A program made the position numbers and the translations under genes. Below, piece by piece: positions 14,231 to 25,230 of a stretch of DNA of 55,207 nucleotides. Position 1 is the stretch's first letter. Every line of letters starts with the position of its first letter. A model generated the notes under the pieces. The model was given only the letters and a program-made list of their open reading frames with translations. It was not told the origin of the DNA and searched no databases. The DNA lies in NCBI GenBank assembly GCA_910592345.1, contig CAJVPI010000094.1, positions 1 to 55,207 of the forward strand, written 5' to 3'. The stretch is from Paraglomus brasilianum. Taxonomy: Eukaryota.

Positions 14231-15501
14231 ATTCTGTTGGATCAGACAATCGTTGTTTTCAATTTACCAACTCGATTGTTTAGTTATACCTTGTCTCAAT
14301 ATTAATCATAAGCATGCAGGTTATTGATAATAATTATTATGTCATTGCAGACTTGCTTAATTGAACAAAGACCCCCCGACATACACAAAGTAACTATTAG
14401 TACTAGATAATATTAATGCATTTGGTAGATTCATCGTTGTTGGTTTATGAAATTACCCTATTATTTGGAACCATCTGCAACAAAGCTGAATGCCATGTTT
14501 TATTACCTTTCGAATTCATACTCTCGTTCTATTAGTATTAGCACAAGTACAAGAGCATGTACGGTCAATAACAATTTAAAATACTGTTACCAAAAGTTTC
14601 TTATTGACAAACTTTGTTAACTTGTATCTCGTTCTCTTCTCTTTATTCTTTTCTTAAGCTTTATGTTTCTGTTCTTTCGACGAGTAAGTTTTCTTGTTAT
14701 AGCATTATAGTTAAATAATAGTGTTTCAAAACACGCTACTCAAACTTTAATTCATTGAAAAGGCTAACATCAAATAGCTTTCTACTGATGTATGTATGGT
14801 TCACAAGCTTTAGCATTTTGGGCAGTAATTGGTGGAACTATACACTAGATGATAATCGAGCCAGTTACTTAAAGTGAACCCGTGGAAAATTATTAGAATA
14901 TTCTGTCCTAATTTTAAGTGCGTAATAATACGGTGAATTTTTGAGAGCATCATGTTCAAGCCATGTTTATATGCCATCAATAGTCGAGTAGTGCATACCT
15001 AATAAATCAAATAGATTGTGTACCACACCTACCCATAAATAATACGACGCGCGTCATACTTTTTTACAGCAATTCTCAAAACATCGATATACTTTAGAAC
15101 ATATTATTTGCTTTCGGTTGTGAGTTTTGCAAATCACCGAATAATCGACTGATACACCGGGCCAGGACTGCTGCTATCAAGGTGACTACCCCAGACTGAA
15201 GAAGTACAAACTTTGCTCGACCAAAAAACCCCTGCTATATACGTGAAGAGTTTACTTCTTCACGCGACACATGTTCGACGGTTTGTGCGGTTCTAGAAAA
15301 TGAATAAAACTATCCATGGATGTAAAAACACAAAAAGTAGTTAAGACAAACAAAGTCTGAATCATTTACTCTCGCTTGTGACGATGCCAATTCAAATACA
15401 ACCCGTTTTAAACTTTGTGTATTGAAAATTCAACCATGCCTTTTTAAATATTTACATCTAGAAAAGATAAAAACTTATTACAAAAATCTCTACGAGAAGG
15501 C

Positions 15502-17496
15502 TTATATTCTTGTAAACTTTTTTTTGAATCGAAAGACATTATTTTCGTAAGGTAATACACTTGGTTCAACCCAACCCTTTAGCAAATTCCATATCTCCAT
15601 AATGTACCCAGTGTCCGAAGCTTCTTCGACACAAGACAATATTGAAAGAATAGTGATCCGTTCAGGCTTCACATCCCTTTCCTTCATTGTTCTGACGAGC
15701 TTGACCAAATCAGCAAAATGCCCAGCTTTCCCCAACAACAAGGCATAGCTGCGGAAATTCCTCTCTGTGAATGGATAAGAGGTAGAAAAAAGTTCATTGT
15801 ATAACGCTTTTCCTTTTTCATAGTATTTAGCATACGCACATGCTTCCAACGCTATGCTAATCGACACGTTATCCGGCGACACGTTCCAAAGACTCTTCAT
15901 CTTTTTGTACAAAAACAACACGGTATCAATCATCCCCAGTCGATTATAACCATCCATGAGACAATTGATAACTGCAGTGTCTGGTTTTATGCCTTTTCTT
16001 TGCATCTCGTCGAAAAAATCCAAAGCCTCGTTTATCTGCGATTTGTTACAATAGGCATCCATGATTGTGCAATAGGTAAACTCGTTCGGGAAAATACCGA
16101 CGCGATGCATGCTCCTGAATACCTTCAACCCCGTTTCGAGATGGCCTGATTTTGCATATGCGTCAATCAGCACCGTATACGTAACCACGTTTGGTTTAAT
16201 ATTGTCGCTTAGCATCGCCTGGTATATTTTGAGTGTTTGATCTAGTAAAGCTCTCTTTGCATAATAGTCAATTAACGCCGTATAGAAAACCAGGTCGGGT
16301 TTCAGTTTCGCTTCCCGGATATATCTAATAATGCGATTAACTATGGCTGATGTCTCTTTCGCTAACGGAAGTGAGGATATTATGGAAGTATACTGTTTGA
16401 GGGACAACTGGACTGCCGATTCGGACGATAGTGTCATCAAATATCGAATAATTTGCAGAAAATTGTTATGCTCGCGAAAAGATAAAATTACAATATTAAA
16501 AGTGTTTTCATCGAATTGTATTTGGTTTTTGTGCATGAGGTTTAAACATAATATACACGCAGCCAAATCGTTCGTATCGCAATGCGCTCGGATAATAGAA
16601 TTGTAAGCAGACGTGTTTGGATCAATGTTATCATATTTCATGCGGTCTAATAATTGTTCTACTGTACTGTTCATTTTGCGTTTCGCACATATATATAACA
16701 ATAGATTATACGTTATTGCCGTTGGTCTAACCTTCCTCTGTTTCATTAGTTTTAGCAAATGCATTGTATTCCCAAAATCGTTCGACTTTACATATTGTAG
16801 TAGCATCTTGTTGTATAATCTGCCCCCTTCCTGTAAATTAATCTTTTTGCAAACCCAGTCGATAAAGCCACTCGCTCCCTTTATATTACCATCCTTGATG
16901 TAGACGTGGACGAAGCGTGACAGATCATCCATCGAAGGCGTTTGCTTGTTCTCGATCATATCTTGTAGTACCGCAGTCGCTTTTTTAATGTTGTCTCTGG
17001 ATAGGTGGTCATTAAGAGATAACTGGTAGCGGAAATATTCCGTCCTGCATCCACGCTCGTCCAGATTCCGAATTATTGACAAAGACTGATCAAATCGAAA
17101 ACGGTATATTACAAGCTTGAGTAGTCGTTTATGCCATGGAATGTTTATCTTTGTCGATAATCCCTCGTTTTTTAAAAGTCTATATATATACCAAGCTCTA
17201 TAGTAATGTTTCTTCCGTATTGCTTCCTGAAAGTGAACAATTACGTCCTCTACTGTATATGTCTCGTCTGCAATTTTGACCGTCAATACGGCATTCTCCG
17301 TTGAGGATTCGTCATCCATACTATATAAACGGCCGCCACTCGGCCACGATAAATGCCCGTTGTGACATTGAATTCCGCGCAAGTAAAAGCCACCAACATT
17401 GTGTCTGTGTGAGACTATGAAATATTTTCGACATTGGGCTCGGAGTTCAAAGATCATATTCAATGCATAATCTTGGTTGGAAAGATTTCTTATCAT
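15502..17496 (-). CDS. Pentatricopeptide repeat (PPR) protein, probably mitochondrial, single exon
   Basis: 664-aa ORF with many 35-aa P-type repeats, e.g. PNVVTYTVLIDAYAKSGHLETGLKVFRSMHRVGIF and PNEFTYCTIMDAYCNKSQINEALDFFDEMQRKGIK. The Arg-rich N-terminus is compatible with a presequence. The true start may be the second Met. Confidence 0.92.
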   Translation of the reverse strand: MIRNLSNQDYALNMIFELRAQCRKYFIVSHRHNVGGFYLRGIQCHNGHLSWPSGGRLYSMDDESSTENAVLTVKIADETYTVEDVIVHFQEAIRKKHYYRAWYIYRLLKNEGLSTKINIPWHKRLLKLVIYRFRFDQSLSIIRNLDERGCRTEYFRYQLSLNDHLSRDNIKKATAVLQDMIENKQTPSMDDLSRFVHVYIKDGNIKGASGFIDWVCKKINLQEGGRLYNKMLLQYVKSNDFGNTMHLLKLMKQRKVRPTAITYNLLLYICAKRKMNSTVEQLLDRMKYDNIDPNTSAYNSIIRAHCDTNDLAACILCLNLMHKNQIQFDENTFNIVILSFREHNNFLQIIRYLMTLSSESAVQLSLKQYTSIISSLPLAKETSAIVNRIIRYIREAKLKPDLVFYTALIDYYAKRALLDQTLKIYQAMLSDNIKPNVVTYTVLIDAYAKSGHLETGLKVFRSMHRVGIFPNEFTYCTIMDAYCNKSQINEALDFFDEMQRKGIKPDTAVINCLMDGYNRLGMIDTVLFLYKKMKSLWNVSPDNVSISIALEACAYAKYYEKGKALYNELFSTSYPFTERNFRSYALLLGKAGHFADLVKLVRTMKERDVKPERITILSILSCVEEASDTGYIMEIWNLLKGWVEPSVLPYENNVFRFKKKFTRI

Positions 17497-18579
17497 CAGG
17501 TGACTCGATCAGTTGTAAGTGGTCGAGTCAATCTCTGCTTTTTTTAAAGTTCTTTGTAAGTACGCACCAATGTTTACGAAAGAGGTTTCTCATTGCTGGC
17601 GATTACTGTCCGCCGCGGCTACAGTACCGTGCCTTCTCCGTTTACAGCGTCTGATAAAGTATTTTTATCCAAAACTTGGACAGAATATATATCTGTTAGT
17701 AACAATAACACTGTAGGTATCTCTTCTCTGAGAATATCACCGTTGTCATGTAAATAGAGATTTGCCAACCGATGGAACGACGGGAATGTTATAGAAAAAG
17801 GTTTGTATAAACCAGAATTGTCTCCTCAATAGTATGACGCGCTTGACACTCTGATTCACATTTGCCTGTTAATATTTCTGCTAGTTTTGGTATGCCGAGC
17901 TTGGAATGTATCTTTGTCTTGAAAGCAGAGATGACGAGAAAATTTGTCTTTTTGTAAATCTCTCGTCTTGCTTGGGGAAAACACCCAACCATTAGGATAT
18001 ATCCAACGGTAAGTAATAAAAGCGGGCAATTTATTTGTAGTATTAATTACTGACTCGGATTATCTATCTCTAGATAATGGTTACGGTAATCCTGCAATTA
18101 ACAATTTATCCGATGAAGATGACGAGTAATGCGTCAATATCGAACTTGTAGCACAGAGTGCGTTTGAGTTGGGAGAGACTTAAAATATAGTTTATTGCTA
18201 TTAACTGCCAAAATAATCGCAATTCGCCTTTCAGCATGCTCCTTATATCTCAGCGTTTTCACTGCATGCTAATTCACAGGGTGAAGCTTACAACTATCTT
18301 CTTCTTCTTTATCTGAATCATCTATTTTGCAGCAAATTGGTAGAAAGAGAAAAAATTGCGGAATAGTTGGCCAAATAAATTATTGAAATATTTCCTTCAT
18401 TGGAATGTCACCAGTAGATATGGCACGTGCAGTTTTTTTTCTGGACATTGTTGATTATAGTAAATTCCTCACGCTACTTTCATAGTCTGGCAACGGGCAT
18501 TTAGAATCATGATGATTTATCGGTTACGGCAGCAGTCCGTAATTGTCAAGCATGCTCGTGTTGGAATTAGCCAATTGTA

Positions 18580-18850
18580 GTCAAAGATCAATGGTTAAAG
18601 TCCATCGACAAAATGGCGTTGACCCCAACGCTCCTGGACCAACATTGGGAAAAGACTAGATTTTGGTTGAAATTAAAGCTGCAGCATTGAATTTCTTTGA
18701 CATTTTAATGGTAAATGTCATACAGATTGATTGTATCTTGCTTTCTTCAAGCGATTCCCAGAAAATGTCTACATCGCAGAGGTCTAGCCTGTAATAAACT
18801 CGAAAGAGATTAGCGTGCAAGGATAAATACAAGACGCAACCTAAAACCCG
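18580..18850 (+). pseudogene. Fragment of an MDR-superfamily NADPH:quinone oxidoreductase (zeta-crystallin-like) N-terminus
   Basis: NAPGPTLGKD*ILVEIKAAALNFFDILM followed by a GT donor, then downstream KYKTQPK. This matches the QOR N-terminal pattern P.P.PGP.EVLVEVKAAGLNF.D....G.Y. It has an in-frame stop and a frameshift, and the rest of the gene is not evident. Confidence 0.5.
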
Positions 18851-19259
18851 GCGGTGCGAAACCACCCGGTCACAAACGATATAGGCAGATGAAAAAAATC
18901 GTGGCAATGGTAATAGCAATTACCAGCTCAATGCGAAATCGTCAACTGTGTTCTAGTCCTAGAATTCATCCATTGGCTGACGATTAAAGTTTAATACTTG
19001 GAAGCTTTCATTGAACTTCGTCGTCGCCAAATACCTACCCGGTAAGCTAAAATGCTCAGCACTCCTGTCAATCGAATCGTCGCGGCCCTTCTATACGTGA
19101 GGTGATCAATAAACTCAAAATACGGTTTTCTCGGTATTAGTATGTTCTATTTGCATTCTGATCCACGTGACAAAAATTCGGTGAAAATTTTCTACACGAC
19201 TGCCAAGCCACCGCATTACGATTTATGTGCTAATCACTACAGCAGAGCAAACGCCCACT

Positions 19260-21235
19260 ATGTCAGTAGAACTAGGATTTGCTGAAACACCAGAAGGACC
19301 TCTTACGGCTGACAAGTTTCCAAGCAAAGTCGGCGGAATTCCGGTATGATAAGGAATATACAAGGTGTTACAAAAAAGATTAATTTCTATTTCGTTGGTA
19401 TGCTGATAGAACGGCAAGTGAAGAGTTCATCGTCAGTAAATATTTCTTCAAAAGGGGACTTATTAGTGTTACAAATAAGACATCGTGACAGCAGCAGAAA
19501 CCTGAAGAACATCCTCAAGCTTCTAAAAGAAATTTTTGAGAAGCACTATCAATAGTCATGGTTTGAAGCACATGTGAGAATTATCTATTAATATGATAAG
19601 AGACTGCATGTCGGGAAGGAGTTTACATATTCATGTGCTTAATCAATAAAGTCTATTTAGACTTTTTATCTCGCAATTCGTCTACAAACAATTTTTTGTA
19701 ACACCTTGTGTAAAATGCATATTAGTATACTCAACTTGGAATGCTTGATAACTGTTTTTGATCTTGCTCTAACACAGGCGTGGCTCAATCCAGAGTTTAT
19801 TCTGCCAGTTGAGAAAGTCCGATGTGGTGTCTGTGAGAAGCCAATGATTCTACTGTTACAGGTAGAACAAGTTCAAAAGAAAACAACCAAGATGTGAATA
19901 TAGATCTAGTCTTTTGTTAACAAGTAATATGTTCAATTTGTCAGCTATATACACCTGAGGATGAGCCACCTGAAGCTTTCCACAGGATGGTGTATATATT
20001 TATATGCAGCATAGGAGCATGTCACAAGACTAGTTGGCAGAAGAGGTCTGTAATTTATAACTTTCAACCAAAATTGACATAATATACTAACTTTATAATT
20101 TAGTATAAAAATATTTAGAAGTCAATTGCCCAAAGATAATCCATATTGGAATCCATCCAAGGTGGATGATTCAAACCAACCCATAACAACTCATCATGCT
20201 GGTACTCAAGATTATATATATATTTTATTAATTATTGGATCACTTGATCTGACATTTTTGCTACTACATTAGCACATCAATGTGTTGTTTGTGGTCTACA
20301 TGGATCAAAAACATGTGGCAAGTGCAAGGCCATAAATTATTGCTCAAGAGAGCACCAAACTAGCCATTGGACAATTGGCCAACATAAATTGCATTGTGGA
20401 GCAACTGATTTATCAGCTGAAGCAGTTGCTAAAGGGATAAAGTTATGCAGAAATGCTGTACTGTTTCCTGAATATGAAATAGTGTCCGAGTCAGAAACTC
20501 TACCAGATTCTAAAGAGCAGGATACTTTGACTGAGGGTTCTTGTAGGTTTTAAAATCTCTGTTAACAAAGTGGTAATAGTGACTCATTATGCATTCATAA
20601 AATAGCATTAAACAATTCACAGGCACTAGTTCCAGTTGGAGATGAAGTTTATGAGAATTCCAATGTTGATGTGGATGAGGCTTTTCTTAAGTTTCAGAAG
20701 AGAATATCTTTTCAACCTGATCAAGTTGTAAGGTGAGTACTCAAGATAATACTATTGGTATGGACATCAATGCACATACTTTAAGAATCTTTTGGTACTT
20801 TGAATAGATATGCAAGATTAGAGTATAATGAGAATACTGATCCATTATGGATAAGTGATTATGGAAAACCAACTGCTGATGATTTACCACCATGTGAGCA
20901 TTGTGGACAACAAAGAACTTTTGAATTTCAGGTTTGATCTAGTGATGATTATAATTTTGTATATTAGATTCTGTTGTAATAGTAAAACTGTTTTATATTA
21001 ATCCTTTTGGTAATTTTAATATACACATCTTTTTTGTTAGATTCTGTCTACTCTCTTGAACCATCTTAATATTGATAATACAAGAACTGATTCTCTTGAC
21101 TGGGGTAGTCTATTGGTCTACACATGTAAGGCTAACTGTCATGTACTTAAAAAAGTTTTTGTTTCAGAAATCATTTGGAGACAAGACTTTAGTGAAGAAG
21201 GGCTTAATTTTGGACATGGAAAGTTGGAAGCATAG
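19260..21235 (+). CDS. PDCD2: Programmed cell death 2 (PDCD2/Zfrp8 family) protein with zf-MYND and PDCD2_C; uS5 chaperone family; about 8 exons
   Basis: Spliced translation: MSVELGFAE...FPSKVGGIP|AWLNP...CGVCEKPMILLLQ|LYTPED...AFHRMVYIFIC; MYND CVVCG...CGKCKAINYCSREHQTSHW...HKLHC; FQKRISFQPDQVVRY; CEHCGQQRTFEFQ|IL...DWGSLLVYTCKANC. Stop TAG at 21233-21235. Confidence 0.92.
19361..19708. mobile_element. Non-autonomous Tc1/mariner-type element (MITE, 348 bp) inside PDCD2 intron 1
   Basis: Perfect 17-bp TIRs: CAAGGTGTTACAAAAAA (19361-19377) and TTTTTTGTAACACCTTG (19692-19708). Left flank TA, right flank TG (likely a mutated TA). Removing it leaves an intron of ordinary size (~85 nt). Confidence 0.8.
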
Positions 21236-21975
21236 TATTATTCCAAGTTTATTAAACAATAGAATTTAAATTATTATTATGTTGATACAAATTAATATAT
21301 TAATATTCAAACTTTAGTATAAGTATTATCTTATATCAATAAAGCTGACCTTGACTTGGTTTATTTTGGAGCTAAGAATGTTGCTGGGATTTCACTGTAA
21401 CTCGAGTAAGTCAATTGTATTATGTTTTATTTAAATGTAGCCAACAGCAGCAGTGAGTTGGTTTATTTTTGGAAGTAGTTACGCGATTTTAAGTCTGCAC
21501 GATTTTTTTGCCATTAATTTCTTTACACACTGTATATTGATTTAATTCTGCAGACTTTTGAAAAATCCTGCTGTTGGCTATCATTATCAACCATTGTCTT
21601 TATGACATTCTTAGCAGCAATGAGAATATCATTTGCAGCAGAGGATTTGATAATCTTTGTAAATCATGGATCCTTTTCTTGCAGATGAGTTTGGTCAGCC
21701 GTTCGTAATCGACGAAAAGACGATTCCGCTCGCTGATCGACCATGTCTCGTGAGTTAACGTAAGCTTTCAATGGCGTGTCTTCCATTTCAAACGTGATGC
21801 CAAATGCTTTCTAAATTCTGGCGCAATATTCCGAATGCTTCTTTACGAGCTTTTCCCTGTCAGTCTCGGTATATTTTTGTTGTGCGAACATGAAACGCTC
21901 GTGTCAAACCATTTAGTTCCGCCTGTATCTCACGCGTACTGAATAATAATAATTGGAATACTATACTATCATGTA

Positions 21976-22874
21976 CAGTAGTGGCGGAAAATAATGAGAG
22001 GAGCCGAGTTTCCTTCGAAACTATTGTAGTTTCCGGAAAAAATCGTGCTTGCCTTAATATTTACATGCTCCCTGTTTTATTTATTATGGAGAAGTTATAT
22101 ATAGAAAGTTACACCGGATAATAACAACGCGTTCTTTGTTTACTTTTATAATTTTTGACCCAAAGACGATCAATTATAGAGAATTTACGGGAAAGTGGAA
22201 TTTATGATGTATCTACTTTATACAAATATATCAAAAAACTTAGCAAATTCAAGAAAATGTGCTAGCAGTAAAGAAATTGGTCATGTACTTAACCAATCCT
22301 ACCCAAACTTAATAGTGCAAAGAATTATCGCGTTGAATGGGCAAAGTCTCATCTTAACAAAAAGTTATCTTTTCTGATTTCGCAATACCACTTTAGTAAG
22401 ACATAAAGTGGGCTAAGAAAGCCACGGCGTGTAATTGTCAAACAGCCGCTCAAGGTGGATTTTCCAACAAGATAACGACCCAAAGCATACCGCCAAGTTA
22501 ACAAAGGAACTTCTTAAAGAAAAATGCCCAAAAGTTCTTGATTGGCTCTCTTACTCACCTGACTTAAAACTTATGGGCGATAATGAAAAAAAAGGGTAGA
22601 AAAGAGGGCAAATCAACGTATTTTACAAATCAATTGGATTAGATGATTTTTTCCTGATTATTTGATTAGAATGGGATAACGATAATATCGATAAAAAGCG
22701 TTTAGATTGAAAGGGGGGCTTAACGATTGGACCACTAAATTTTTATTTTGTAAATTTACATTATTACTTATTATTATTATTATGTGCAGATAATAATAAA
22801 ATTTTATGTAAAATGAATACAAATTGGTTGAGTAATAAAAACTTTAAAATTCTCATTATTTTCCGCCACTACTG
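21976..22874 (+). mobile_element. Internally deleted Tc1-family transposon (899 bp) with intact ends
   Basis: Perfect 24-bp TIRs CAGTAGTGGCGGAAAATAATGAGA (21976-21999 and 22851-22874). TA target duplication on both sides. Internal relics KVIFSD and [35 protein letters not shown]. Confidence 0.93.
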
Positions 22875-23490
22875 TAGTCGCAGTTTGCAACTATATTTTT
22901 TTTCATTCAATTCGGAATAACCATCCTATATCTAACTGGTCAATAGCCACAGCTAGTTGATGTGCACTTCAAGTAAAGGTATCATACGCAACGCAATATG
23001 AAGCAATACAAGCAGCAATTGCACGCGTTCAAACAAACTTCTAGATTTTGATGAAGATTGGAATAATGGTTTTTTCTTGATATAGACTTCCCAAATATAC
23101 CTGAAAATTGGAGAGCCAATAAAATCAAGTAGTAAATCAACAGATCCGACTCTTTATCGTAGTGTCATATTATCCCAAAATTTCGTCACTAAAGATCAAT
23201 TCTGCCGTTATACCCATTCGTTGATGTATATAATATAATCTCTGAAGAGCTTCATAAATATCTCTGCTACTGACTATCTCAAATCGCTTATTACAGAGCA
23301 TCTCGAACTAAAAGTTATAAAAGTTACGCCCGTTTATGGCATTAACTCGAGAGAGAGGGAATCACTGGATCGAGGACTATTATTTATTAGTAGAAAGATT
23401 ATGGGAAATCCCACAGATTATACGTTGGTATCATTGTACATCGATTTTGCGAAAGGAATAATACTAGGTAGGAAAGAGCAAGGTTGGAGA

Positions 23491-24607
23491 TCAGCCTGTA
23501 TCAGATGGTTCAACTGCGTCGTCATCATCACTTCCCGATTCCGATTCATAATTGTTTAAACCCAACAATGAAACCGGTAGTCCGCTAGTCTCAGTAACAC
23601 TCTTATTTTCAGCTTTGCCATTGTCCTCCTTCTTTCTCTTTTTAACAAGAATCCCTAAATCAGTCCCTCTCTTCCCAATATTAATATCCTTTCTCTTCAT
23701 CCCCCCTACACTTCCCACCAACTCCTTGACCGTCTCCCTAGCCGATTCTGACAACAAGTCCTTAATCTCTGGCTGCTCATCCACATCACCAACTCTCATA
23801 ACCTTCTCGAATACCTCATCATCAGCAGTTTTAAATATTGCCTTTGCTAATTGCTCATCTTTTTTATCCAACTCCACCACCCTCTCATTAGCGGTTTTTT
23901 CATCTTCGTCAACCATACGTTCTAGTATAGCATCGGCATCAATTCGTTCATTACGAGCGTTTCTTGTCCTGATTTCGTCCAGTGCATCAAGAATATCCAT
24001 TTCCCTCTTACTATCTAATGTTCGATTTTCTAATGCTTTCATCGGATTGTTCTCCTCCTCGAGCTCTTTTTGGAGTTTTTCCTCTTCGCCGGCAAGACGT
24101 TCTTCACGCCACGGCTCGAAATTGCGGGAAGCCCCGTGTTCAGCGACATAGTCTGTGTTCTTTGGATCTGTCTTGAAGGTTATTTCTGCACTACAGCGTG
24201 GACACTTGATATAAAACCGAAAAATTTTGATGGAATGATATGTTTCGCCTTCGACCGTTTCTTTTCTTGCATTAAACTTTTTCCCTTTATATATGTATTC
24301 TCCACAGGTCTCACATCGCATTGCGTATGGAGTCATTAGACGGACCTATTGAAACGAGAAGTTTTACTCAGAATGCTGTAATAACAATATATATGTATAC
24401 GTAAAAAGAATATAATATAAGTTTTAATCTCTAAACCTTGTGCTGGGCATCTTTGGCCTGCCTTCTCCTTGGTATTGCTACAATTAAAAGGTCAATTTGT
24501 TTAACAATATTATACAAAGGATCAAAAATAAGTTTCGAGAATAATGACTTACCAGCAGGGTCAAAATCAGGAGGGAAATACTTATTCAACACTTTACGTT
24601 CACTCAT
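23491..24607 (-). CDS. YJU2: Splicing factor Yju2/Cwc16/CCDC94; exons 24553-24607, 24437-24477, 23491-24345
   Basis: [17 protein letters not shown]...[29 protein letters not shown]...[42 protein letters not shown] introns restore the frame. Confidence 0.95.
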
Positions 24608-25230
24608 TGTGAAGCTCGATTGCACAACAAAGTATTAGTATGTCGAAGTTCGTAATAGACGAAATTCAAATGAATCTATGCTATTGCTTGACGATGATGT
24701 CACCCTTTTATTTCCTGACATCATTATTATAATCATTTATTGTATGTAGTGCTTTTTAATAAAGCAGCGACCGTTGATAATGTTTCCCTTCTAAATCGAC
24801 TTCATGGCATAGAAAAAAACTGACGTTTAATGGACAAGTCTGTGAGCGAAATTATCTGACGCATTAACAATTTACTGGATGAAATTACTTGGCAAAGGAA
24901 GCGATGTTGCCGCCTTTACTCTGAACGGCGACAGATCGAACATTAATAATAGCAAGGAAATCGGTGGACTTTAGATTTAGGGTTTATAATATTTTTTTTT
25001 CAGAAATGATCACATTTGTGAATATAACACCAATAAACATATAGATTACACGTAAATTTCCCTGCTCGCGTAATCAGCGTTAATTTTTCACATCAGAAAT
25101 ACTTGGGTACATTTATGTACACCATTTGCAAGTGCTAGAAGGCTTTGTTATGCATGATGGTAAGTCTCTATCCGTCCTCATTGATTTTGTAACCCAATCA
25201 TGTAATAAATAGTTCACATTTTAATTTGCT

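Noticed and set aside
19415..19506. GTGAAGA...CTGA as a box C/D snoRNA in PDCD2 intron 1
   Set aside because: The C box is imperfect, no rRNA-complementary guide was recognised, and the segment lies inside the TIR-bounded MITE.
23552..24151. 199-aa plus-strand ORF (and similar antisense ORFs at 33049-33591, 34851-35234 and 8674-9027)
   Set aside because: These are antisense shadows of real minus-strand genes (YJU2, ERG6, uL14m, orphan gene).
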